This document shows positions 6,359 through 17,388 of a stretch of 39,540 nt of DNA, piece by piece. The notes beneath the pieces are model-generated. The model searched no databases and was not told the origin of the DNA. It saw only the letters and a program-made list of their open reading frames with translations. Both the position numbers and the translations under genes were made by a program. Location: contig JAITSM010000069.1 of NCBI GenBank assembly GCA_031287815.1, positions 1-39,540 on the forward strand, written 5' to 3'. How positions within the stretch are numbered: the stretch's first letter is position 1; each line of letters opens with the position of its first letter. The DNA is from Prevotellaceae bacterium (GTDB lineage Bacteria; Bacteroidota; Bacteroidia; Bacteroidales; UBA932).

Positions 6359-8515
6359 ATGTACGGAAAAATTTTATTTGCATTATTGTTGTTCTGGGGG
6401 AGTACTGTTCCTGTGTGCGCCCGGGAATGGCGGGCGACGGTGGCGGTGGTCGCCGATACGGTTACTTATCAAATTATCGGGAAGGACATCGACGGGTATA
6501 TGGCCGCGATTGCGGGCGACGGCAAGCGCGCCGTGCTGATTCCGGACCTCTGGCAGCATCCGGATTCTATCCGGAGGGCATTGCAGGCGCTGTATCAAAA
6601 CGAGCAGCTGGAGGGCGTGGTGCTGATTGGCGATATTCCGGTTGTCATGACGCGCGATGCGCAGCACCTGAGCATGGCTTTCAAGATGGATCAGCGGAGG
6701 GACTGGAAGGAGTCGTCCATTCCGTCCGACCGCTTTTACGACGATTTTGATTTGCAGTTTGAGTATATCCGGCAGGACAGTACGGAAAAACTATACCATT
6801 ATTATACGTTGAAAGCTTCGTCGGCGCAATATGTTTCTTCGGATATTTATTCGGCGCGGATAAAAGCGCCGGCGATGCCCGGAAAGGATAAATACCGGGC
6901 GCTGTCGGAGTACCTGCAGAAGGTGGTGCGGGAAAAACAAAGGCGCCGGGCGCTGTCGCATGTTCTCTATTTTACCGGGCATGGCTATAATTCGGAATCC
7001 ATCAATGCCCGGATAGACGAGGGGTGGGTGTTGAAGCATCATTTCCCGTTTTTGGGCAAGCGGCGGGGCAGCCGGCTGGACTTTATCAATTTCGATACGG
7101 ACGAGTTTGTTCGCAACCGTTTACTGGCGCAATTGGCCGACACGACGCTGGATATTGCTATCCTGCATCATCACGGCGACAGCGATACCCAGTATCTCAG
7201 CGAAACGCCCAAAGCCGGCGCGCCCCAGCAATATGCGGACGCATTGAAGGCTTTCTTCCGGTCAAAAATCAGGCGGGCGAAAGATACGGCGGCAACCAGG
7301 CAATATTATATGGAGTATTATGACGTGCCGGAAAGCTGGGTGGCCAACGCCTTTGATTCCGCCACTGCGGAAGCGGACAGCCTGCAAAGCGCTTCGATGG
7401 ATGTGGTGATTCCGGATACCTATGGCCGCGTGTTTAATGCCAAATTCATTATGTTCGATGCGTGTTTTAACGGCTCTTTCCATTTGGACGACTATATCAG
7501 CGGGCACTATATTTTCAATCCGGGCGCTACCATTGTGGCAAAAGCCAATACGGTAAACGCGCTGCAGGATATGTGGCCGAATGAACTGATCGGGTTGCTG
7601 AATGAGGGCGTTTGCGTGGGGAACTGGGCGAAAGAAGCCTTTACGCTGGAGTCGCACCTGATCGGCGATCCGACGTTTCATTTTTCCGCCGGAGGCGCTA
7701 CTTTAGACCGGGACGTGGTGAAGGAAAAGAACAACCCCAAATACTGGCGGAAGCTGTTATCCCATCACGCCGCTTCGCCCGATGTGCGCGCGCTGGCGCT
7801 GGCAAAGCTGCAACATAAACGCGCTATCACTTCGGACGAGTTGCTGGAGGTATTGGCGCACGACGACAACCCGCTGGTACGGTTGGAGGCTTTTTCCCTG
7901 TTGAAAAAACGCTTGAGCCCCCTTCTGCCGCAAGCCATCGCGCTGGCCATGTCTGACACGTATGAGCTGCTCCGGCGGCTGGGCACGCTGACGGCCGGGA
8001 AATCGGGCGACGCCGCCCTGCTGCCCGTCATTGCCCAAGCCTGGTTCAACCCGGCGACCACCAACCGGGAACACTTTCAGTTGCGCTATGCGATTGAACA
8101 GTATCCCTGCGATACGGTGGTGAAATACTTTTCCCTGTGGCGGGCGGAAAACCCGCTCTGGCCGACCGAGAAGGACTTCGCCGCGCTGTTGTCCAACCTC
8201 CAGCGGAACGCCGATTCCGACAGGGAAGACTTTGCCAAATTGAACGACACGGTGGCAAAGCCCATCCGGTTTACGATTTCTACGCAGCGCAACCTGTGCC
8301 AGACCGAACATTTATCCGCCCTGTTCGAATACCTGAAAAACGGCCGCGACGCCGAGCTGCGCAAGCTGGCGGCGGAAACATTCGGGTGGTATGTCTATTC
8401 CTGGAAACGCGGCGAGATACGCGCCTTCTGCCAACAGCTCTGGGCGGAAGAACAGGATGCGGCTGTAAAGAATGAACTGGAGAAAACCATTAACCGCCTG
8501 TCCGCAGGATTTTAA
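6359..8515 (+). CDS. Secreted gingipain/C25-like (clan CD) peptidase-family protein with C-terminal HEAT-like repeats
   Basis: It has a signal peptide. C25-like motifs are VVLIGDIPVV, SDRFYDDFDL, FTGHGYN (candidate His) and MFDACFNGSF (candidate Cys). The C-terminus has ..DDNPLVRLEAFSLLKKR.. HEAT-like repeats. The function is a motif-level guess. Confidence 0.55.
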   Translation: MYGKILFALLLFWGSTVPVCAREWRATVAVVADTVTYQIIGKDIDGYMAAIAGDGKRAVLIPDLWQHPDSIRRALQALYQNEQLEGVVLIGDIPVVMTRDAQHLSMAFKMDQRRDWKESSIPSDRFYDDFDLQFEYIRQDSTEKLYHYYTLKASSAQYVSSDIYSARIKAPAMPGKDKYRALSEYLQKVVREKQRRRALSHVLYFTGHGYNSESINARIDEGWVLKHHFPFLGKRRGSRLDFINFDTDEFVRNRLLAQLADTTLDIAILHHHGDSDTQYLSETPKAGAPQQYADALKAFFRSKIRRAKDTAATRQYYMEYYDVPESWVANAFDSATAEADSLQSASMDVVIPDTYGRVFNAKFIMFDACFNGSFHLDDYISGHYIFNPGATIVAKANTVNALQDMWPNELIGLLNEGVCVGNWAKEAFTLESHLIGDPTFHFSAGGATLDRDVVKEKNNPKYWRKLLSHHAASPDVRALALAKLQHKRAITSDELLEVLAHDDNPLVRLEAFSLLKKRLSPLLPQAIALAMSDTYELLRRLGTLTAGKSGDAALLPVIAQAWFNPATTNREHFQLRYAIEQYPCDTVVKYFSLWRAENPLWPTEKDFAALLSNLQRNADSDREDFAKLNDTVAKPIRFTISTQRNLCQTEHLSALFEYLKNGRDAELRKLAAETFGWYVYSWKRGEIRAFCQQLWAEEQDAAVKNELEKTINRLSAGF

Positions 8516-8518
8516 TAT

Positions 8519-11254
8519 ATGCGCCACTGTTTAAAAATACTGTCATCCGTTTTCCTTTCGTTAGGCTGTTTTTCCCTGCACGCGCAGGTGGAAGGGAAAG
8601 TCTTTGAATATGGAACGCCGGGCGCCCCCATAGAATTTGCCGTAGTAACGCTTTTGCCCGCCAACGTGCATACCCTGACCGATGCGCAGGGAGCCTTCTC
8701 CTTTCCCCAAACGGACGCCGGAAAGCTCACACTCCGCATACAGTTTATCGGCATGGAAACCATTGACACCACCGTTCGCGTAACGGCGGGGCAGCCCAAT
8801 TATTTTACCTTCGGGATGAAAAACGTTGACTTCCGGCTGGAAGAAGTAACGGTAGTAGCCACGCAAAGCAAGGCCGGGCAGTCTACCGCCTCCCACATTT
8901 CCCGCCAGGCCATCGACCACCTGCAAGCCTCCACGCTGGGCGACCTGATGCAGCTGCTGCCGGGCGTCGCCATTTCCAACCCCGATATGAACAGCGCCAA
9001 CACGATAAACATTCGCGGCACGGGCGCCAACAACAGCCTGGGGGCGGCCATTATTGTCGACGGCGTGCAGCTGTCCAACAACGCCAACCTCCAGGCCTTT
9101 GCCGCCACCATGAACGGCGACGCCGGCGACGCCGCCGCCGGCGTAGACACCCGCATGATTGCGCTCGACAACATTGAATCGGTCGAGGTCATTCGCGGCA
9201 TCCCTTCGGCGGAATACGGCGACCTCACCTCCGGCGCCGTGATTGTAAAATCACGCGCGGGGAAAGACCCGCTAAAGGTGAAATTCAAAGCCAACCCCGA
9301 CGTATACCAGGCCTCCGTATCCAAAGGATTTCTCCTCCACGACAAAGGGGGCGTCCTCAACCTCAGCGGCGATTACCTCTATACCGTCAAAAAACCGACG
9401 GAAGCCTACGCCTTCTACCAGCGGCTGGCCGTAAAAGCCCTCTGGACGGCTACCTTCCGAAACAACCTCTATGCCGCCACCTCGCTCGATATAACCTACG
9501 GCAAAGATACCCGCACCTCCAACCCCAACGACAACGCCATAGACTTCCGGGAAAAAGCGCAGGAAACCGGCATCGCCATTGGACACAACGCCCGCCTCAA
9601 CGTCAACAAAGGCTGGCTGAAATCGCTGGAATGGACGATAGCGGGAAAATATAACCACAAACATGCCTGGACGCACGAAATGCTTTACAACGCCACCGGG
9701 CTTTACTCCACCGCCATGGCCGACGGCAGCGTCGTTGCCAGCCGCCCCGGGCTGCAAGTATACGACAACGCCGGAAACGAAATCACCCGCCTCGCCGGAA
9801 ATGCATGGGCGACCATCCTCCCCAATGAATACTACACCGAATGGAGCGTATACGGAAAAGAAATCAACCTTAACGCCAAGCTCAAGGCGAATTTCAACAA
9901 ACAGTGGGGAAACAGCCATAACCGCCTCCTCGCCGGCGCGGACTTTAAAACCGACGGCAACGTGGGCAAAGGAAAAGTCTACGACGAACAAAACCCGCCC
10001 CTGCGCGCCTTTAACAACAAAGCCTACCGCAACCGCCCCTACCACGATATTCCCTTTATTTACCAGCTCGGCGTGTTTGTAGAAGACTACTACCGGCACG
10101 CCTTCGGCGAACGGTACCTCCACCTCGCCGCCGGCGCGCGCCTGGACTATATCAACCGAAAAACCGTCCTCGCCCCCCGCCTCAACGCCTCCTTCGACCT
10201 CTTCCCCGAAACCCTCGCCCTGCGAGCGGCCTACGGCGTCACCGCCAAAGCCCCGACCCTCCTCTACCTCTACCCCGAAAACGCCTACTTCGACTACCTC
10301 CTCACCCCGACCATCGGCCCCGAAGAAATATTATTATCCGAAACCCATATATTCCCCGCCCAAAACCCAAACCTCGAAATCGCCACCAACCGGAAAATCG
10401 AAATCGGAACAGACCTCCTCCTCCGGAAAAAATACCGCCTCTCCCTCACCGCCTACGACGAACTGCGCGAAAACGACTACTCCTTCGCCAATACCCTGAA
10501 TACTTTCCGCCTGGTGGAATACAGACAGTATTCCATCGACCACTGGGTAGCCGGCGCCCCGCCCATACTCCAATTGGATAATACCTACCACGTATTCGCC
10601 AGCTACTCCGAACCCGGCAACAACAGCTATTCCCACAACCGGGGCGTGGAGTTCGAACTGGACCTGGGGCGCTTCGACGCCCTCCGGACTTCCTTCTACC
10701 TCAACGGCGCGTGGGAAAGGCGCACCGCCAAAAACCTGGGCTACTCCTTCAGCACCCTCCCTAACGAGAATGCGCTGGAACAGCACATCGGCGTCTACGA
10801 AAAAGCCCGCCTCCGCTACGAAACCGAAACATGGCTCACCACCCTCCGGATTACCCACAACATCCCCCCCATCGGATTCGTCATCACCCTCACCTCCCAA
10901 ATCCGCTGGCGACACAACACCTGGACGGTATACGGAAACGATATGTTCGAAAAATACATCTCCTACCACGATGGAAAAATACAGGACTTCGACCCCGCCA
11001 AAAAAGACGACCCCGAATTCCAATACCTCTTTCCCGGCATCAACAACCAACGCGGCCTGGTAGAAAAAAGCATCCCCACCCTCTTCTTCCACCTCAACCT
11101 CTCCAAAGAACTGGGCGACTACTTCACCGCCTCCTTCTTTGCCAACAACGTATTCAACAGCCGCCCCGCCTATGAATCCACCGTCACGCCCGGCTCCTTC
11201 ATCGAATCCGGCGCCGACATCTTCTTCGGCTTCGACCTGAAAATCTCTTTTTGA
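8519..11254 (+). CDS. TonB-dependent outer-membrane receptor with N-terminal carboxypeptidase-regulatory-like domain
   Basis: It has a signal peptide, a CarbopepD_reg-like segment (VEGKVFEYGT..VVTLLP..TDAQGAFSF), a plug region (LGDLMQLLPGV, IESVEVIRGIPSAEYGD) and a long beta-barrel ending in ..GFDLKISF. Confidence 0.85.
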   Translation: MRHCLKILSSVFLSLGCFSLHAQVEGKVFEYGTPGAPIEFAVVTLLPANVHTLTDAQGAFSFPQTDAGKLTLRIQFIGMETIDTTVRVTAGQPNYFTFGMKNVDFRLEEVTVVATQSKAGQSTASHISRQAIDHLQASTLGDLMQLLPGVAISNPDMNSANTINIRGTGANNSLGAAIIVDGVQLSNNANLQAFAATMNGDAGDAAAGVDTRMIALDNIESVEVIRGIPSAEYGDLTSGAVIVKSRAGKDPLKVKFKANPDVYQASVSKGFLLHDKGGVLNLSGDYLYTVKKPTEAYAFYQRLAVKALWTATFRNNLYAATSLDITYGKDTRTSNPNDNAIDFREKAQETGIAIGHNARLNVNKGWLKSLEWTIAGKYNHKHAWTHEMLYNATGLYSTAMADGSVVASRPGLQVYDNAGNEITRLAGNAWATILPNEYYTEWSVYGKEINLNAKLKANFNKQWGNSHNRLLAGADFKTDGNVGKGKVYDEQNPPLRAFNNKAYRNRPYHDIPFIYQLGVFVEDYYRHAFGERYLHLAAGARLDYINRKTVLAPRLNASFDLFPETLALRAAYGVTAKAPTLLYLYPENAYFDYLLTPTIGPEEILLSETHIFPAQNPNLEIATNRKIEIGTDLLLRKKYRLSLTAYDELRENDYSFANTLNTFRLVEYRQYSIDHWVAGAPPILQLDNTYHVFASYSEPGNNSYSHNRGVEFELDLGRFDALRTSFYLNGAWERRTAKNLGYSFSTLPNENALEQHIGVYEKARLRYETETWLTTLRITHNIPPIGFVITLTSQIRWRHNTWTVYGNDMFEKYISYHDGKIQDFDPAKKDDPEFQYLFPGINNQRGLVEKSIPTLFFHLNLSKELGDYFTASFFANNVFNSRPAYESTVTPGSFIESGADIFFGFDLKISF

Positions 11255-11321
11255 TGTATGAATTATGATGTATGATGTATGATGGGCGCCAGCAACCTTA
11301 AACTTTAAACCTTTTTAGGGG
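11253..11321. repeat. 'Word' repeat junction: ATGTATGAT words, GGCGCCAGC core, AACCTTAAAC words (arms not self-complementary)
   Basis: Sequence: gatgtatgaattatgatgtatgatgtatgatg-GGCGCCAGC-aaccttaaactttaaacc. The complements of both arms lie at 13098-13118 and 13167-13187. Confidence 0.7.
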
Positions 11322-11346
11322 AAAAAAACAAAACCCAACGCAAAAT

Positions 11347-11436
11347 GACTAAAGCCTGAAGCGAGACGACTAAAGCCTGAAGCGAGACGATTAAAGCCTG
11401 AAGCGAGACGACTAAAGTCTGAAGCAAGACGATTAA
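11347..11436. repeat. 21-bp tandem repeat x4.3 (GACTAAAGCCTGAAGCGAGAC)
   Basis: Units lie at 11347-11367, 11368-11388, 11389-11409 and 11410-11430, followed by a partial unit. Confidence 0.9.
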
Positions 11437-11479
11437 AAATAAAATAAACTAAAAACCAAACATTTAAAACAAAAAAAAC

Positions 11480-12172
11480 ATGTCACACACTGATTGGATC
11501 CCCGGCAGACACGACGCCCTCTACCATCTGGTAATACGCATCTGGAACTACATCATCTCCCCCGGCACCCGCAACCGCATGGGATTAGACCCTGGCGGCA
11601 CTATAGGAAAATGGTTCGACGACACCTTCAGCCCCGCATTTACCAATTACAGCGCCATCATCACCCAATGGCTCGACGTAGCCAACCGGACGCCCACCGT
11701 CATTGCCACCCTCGCCGAAACGGAAAAAACCTTCCTCCCCCTCCTCCGTCAACTCTACAGCCTCCTCAAAGGCGACCCGATGGTGACCAACATCGACCTT
11801 GATGCCATGGGACTCCCCAAACGCCCCTCCGGCGGCAACCAACCGCACCCCGTGCCCACCTCCCACATACTGGTAGCAAAAATTATCGCCGCCGGCCCCG
11901 GCGAACTGACCATCGACTACCGCGATGAAAACAGCGAAACCAAAGGAAAACCCTTCGGCGTACACGGCGCCGAACTCGTATACACCATCAGCGACACCCC
12001 CATCACCGACCACGACGACCTCCTCAACTCCAGGATTGACACCCGCACCCCCTTCCACCTCACCTTCCCCGACCCCCAACGCGGCAAAACCCTCTACTTC
12101 TCCCTCCGATGGGAAAACACCACCGGCGAAAAAGGCCCCTGGAACCAAATCCAAAACACCGTTATCCCTTAA
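11480..12172 (+). CDS. Hypothetical protein (no signal peptide), paralog of the partial gene at 1..116
   Basis: The 230-aa ORF has C-ending codon bias like the neighbouring TonB receptor gene. Its C-terminal motif is shared with the gene at the window start. I recognise no domain. Confidence 0.6.
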   Translation: MSHTDWIPGRHDALYHLVIRIWNYIISPGTRNRMGLDPGGTIGKWFDDTFSPAFTNYSAIITQWLDVANRTPTVIATLAETEKTFLPLLRQLYSLLKGDPMVTNIDLDAMGLPKRPSGGNQPHPVPTSHILVAKIIAAGPGELTIDYRDENSETKGKPFGVHGAELVYTISDTPITDHDDLLNSRIDTRTPFHLTFPDPQRGKTLYFSLRWENTTGEKGPWNQIQNTVIP

Positions 12173-12204
12173 CTAATGGAGAATGTTTTTTAATTATGAA
12201 TTAT

Positions 12205-12330
12205 TTCACCCACAGATTTTCTCAGATTATAACAGATTTCACAGATTTTCACCCACAGATTTTCTCAGATTATAACAGATTTCACAGATTAAATCTGTGA
12301 AATCTAAAAAAATCTGTGTCCATCTGTGGG
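12205..12330. repeat. 43-bp direct repeat x2 of CAGATT words followed by the inverted arm (AATCTGT words)
   Basis: Units at 12205-12247 and 12248-12290 are identical (ttcacccacagattttctcagattataacagatttcacagatt). Segment 12291-12330 is complementary (aaatctgtgaaatct...atctgtggg). Confidence 0.85.
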
Positions 12331-12340
12331 AGAACTTTAA

Positions 12341-12430
12341 ATATGAATTATGAATTATGAATTAGCTTGCGCCAGCAACCTCATACTTCATAACTCATAA
12401 TTCATACATCATAATTCATAATTATTTTGC
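12341..12430. repeat. 'Word' hairpin, ATGAATTAT/ATAATTCAT arms, GCGCCAGC core
   Basis: Sequence: atatgaattatgaattatgaatta-gcttGCGCCAGCaacc-tcatacttcataactcataattcatacatcataattcataatt. Confidence 0.8.
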
Positions 12431-12431
12431 G

Positions 12432-12439
12432 TATATTTG
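12432..12439 (+). promoter_or_regulatory. -7 promoter box TATATTTG for the MNT/HepT pair
   Basis: The context gcgTATATTTGcg lies 24 nt before the ATG at 12463. The same context recurs before secA and the deacetylase gene. Confidence 0.45.
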
Positions 12440-12462
12440 CGAGAGCATAAACTAAAAACAGG

Positions 12463-12756
12463 ATGTCTTATTTAGAAGAAGTAAAAATGGGGTTAAGAGC
12501 GCTCAAGCCGGAGCTGTCCGTGAAATTTCACGTGCGCGCTATCGGTTTATTCGGCTCTATTGTCCGCAATGATTTTTCCCCATCCACCAGCGATATAGAT
12601 ATTATTGTCGATTTTTCGCAACCGGTAGGCGTAGAATTTATAGACCTTGCCGATTATCTGGAAAATAAATTCCACAGGAAGGTAGACCTCGTTTCAAGGA
12701 GAGGCATAAAACCCCTGTATTATTCCGCCATAGAGAAAGATATTGTTTATGTCTGA
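12463..12756 (+). CDS. mntA: MNT-type nucleotidyltransferase (type VII antitoxin MntA-like)
   Basis: It carries the GLFGSIVRNDFSPSTSDIDIIV minimal NTase motif and overlaps the downstream HEPN gene by 14 nt. Confidence 0.8.
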   Translation: MSYLEEVKMGLRALKPELSVKFHVRAIGLFGSIVRNDFSPSTSDIDIIVDFSQPVGVEFIDLADYLENKFHRKVDLVSRRGIKPLYYSAIEKDIVYV

Positions 12757-13081
12757 AAGAAATGCCGGAATATTATTGAACGACATCATCGAAAGCGGTG
12801 AAAAAATTCTTCACTACGTTCAAGGCTTAAGCTACGAACAATTCCTTGATGACGACAAAACTATTGACGCCGTCATCCGGAACTTTGAAATCATCGGGGA
12901 AGCGGCCAACCGCCTTCCCGACGGCTTTAAAGAAAGCCATCAGGAGATAGATTGGTATAGAATCAGGGGATTTCGCAACAGAATAGTACATCACTATTTC
13001 GGTATAGATTATAGCATCCTTTGGCAAATTAAAGAAACCTTTTTGCCGGAAATGTTATCGGCAATCAAGCAATTTATTTAA
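12743..13081 (+). CDS. hepT: HepT/DUF86 HEPN-domain toxin-like protein
   Basis: It carries the Rx4HxY motif (RNRIVHHY) and is about 110 aa, the usual DUF86 size. Confidence 0.8.
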   Translation: MFMSERNAGILLNDIIESGEKILHYVQGLSYEQFLDDDKTIDAVIRNFEIIGEAANRLPDGFKESHQEIDWYRIRGFRNRIVHHYFGIDYSILWQIKETFLPEMLSAIKQFI

Positions 13082-13095
13082 CGCCCTATCCAGTG

Positions 13096-13187
13096 TAGTT
13101 TAAGGTTTAAGGTTTGAGGTGAGCTGGCGCCAGCCACTTTTAACTTTTAACTTTTAGTTTTTAACTCATAATTCATAACTCATAATT
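13096..13187. repeat. 'Word' repeat junction: GGTTTAAGG words, GCTGGCGCCAGCC core, AACTTTTA words, CATAATTCAT words
   Basis: Sequence: gtagtttaaggtttaaggtttgaggtga-GCTGGCGCCAGCC-acttttaacttttaacttttagtttttaact-cataattcataactcataatt. Confidence 0.75.
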
Positions 13188-13193
13188 ATTTCG

Positions 13194-13201
13194 TACATTT
13201 G
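13194..13201 (+). promoter_or_regulatory. -7 promoter box TACATTTG upstream of secA
   Basis: It matches TAnnTTTG and lies 50 nt before the secA ATG. Confidence 0.4.
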
Positions 13202-13251
13202 CGAAAATAAAAACACAGCGTTATTAACGCTGTCAAGCAATTCAAAAAAGT

Positions 13252-16527
<3,276 letters not shown>

Positions 16528-16643
16528 AAGTTAAGAACTAAAAGTTAAAAACTAAGAGTTGGCTGGCGCTAGCTAACTTTTAGTTTTTAACTTTTAACTT
16601 TAAAAAGGCGCCAGCCCACTCTCCATTTTCCATTCTCCATTGA
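16528..16643. repeat. 'Word' hairpin (AAGTTAAGAACT arms, GGCTGGCGCTAGC core) plus GGCGCCAGCC core and TCTCCATT arm
   Basis: Segment 16528-16601 is palindromic around ggctggcgctagc. At 16602-16642, the sequence aaaaaGGCGCCAGCCcactctccattttccattctccattg is complementary to 16853-16876, on the far side of the MITE-like copy. Confidence 0.75.
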
Positions 16644-16850
16644 ATAAGCCCGAAGGGCTTGAATTTTCATAACCCCATGCAAGTGCAGCGAAGCGTAACG
16701 CAGCATGGGGCAACATGGCACTTCCTGCTTTTCGCGCGGCGCACAGGTTTTCCGCTATGCATGGACAGTGCTCCGCGCGAAAGGCAGTAGGGTCTTCGTA
16801 CCCCCGCACTGCGTACGGGGTTATGAATATTTCGCCCCTTCGGGGCTTTA
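16644..16850. repeat. Structured MITE-like repeat, copy 2 (inverted relative to 291..506)
   Basis: Its reverse complement aligns with 291-506 along its length. The two internal hairpins differ in sequence but remain self-complementary (CCGCAGGC..GCCTGCGG versus CCCCG..CGGGG). Confidence 0.7.
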
Positions 16851-16916
16851 TTTAATGGAGAATGGAAAATTGAGAATGCTCGCCACCTTTCGGTAAAAAA
16901 ATTTTTCGAAAAAAAC

Positions 16917-17388
16917 TTGCAATTAAAAAATATTGTTTTATATTTGCACCGTTCTTTGACGTATTGAAAAGGATATAAAAAAAAATATCGCTTTAACTTT
17001 TATTCTGCGTATACTTCGAAATCAGGAAAATTTCAACTATGTCCGAATATAAGTCTGAGCAACCTCGCCAAGAGTGGATGGGGGTTGTAATACTTATCGA
17101 CATAGTGGGTTTCCTGAACCTCGAAGTATGATAAATATAACACCCCTTTCCACTTTTGGTTTTTTAGTGGAATTGAGAAAAAATCACCATAAAAGTTAAA
17201 GAAACAAATTGTAGAAAATGTGTGTTAAAATTTTCTGCAATGATTGGCAGCGGATAAAAATCGCAGCAGGGGGTTGTTTATAAAGTTGGTTTGTGTTTGC
17301 AAAACAGCCCCAAAGCTGCGAAAACAGAGCATAGACTTGTAGACAATAGAACATAGACAAAAATATTAACCATAAATAAAAAAATGCT
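16917..17388 (+). promoter_or_regulatory. Promoter plus ~440-nt structured leader (type I) of paralog B
   Basis: TTG (16917-16919) and TATATTTG (16939-16946) have a 19-nt gap. Helices are ATACTTCGA (17011-19)/TCGAAGTAT (17121-29), CAGGAAA (17023-29)/TTTCCTG (17110-16), CTATGTC/GACATAG and ATAAGT/ACTTAT. Loop CCAAGAGTGGA (17068-78) pairs with TCCACTTTTGG (17149-59), followed by T6. The proximal hairpin is at 17263-17319. Confidence 0.65.

Noticed and set aside
8800-12176. Many long overlapping ORFs on both strands, plus a strong C-over-G excess on the coding strand that hinted at foreign DNA
   Set aside because: The shadow ORFs have low-complexity P/G/R/V-rich translations. They arise because the real genes (TonB receptor, 11480 gene) use C-ending codons heavily. 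That bias is more simply explained by codon preference in a highly expressed outer-membrane gene than by horizontal transfer. Genome-wide codon statistics would be needed to say more.
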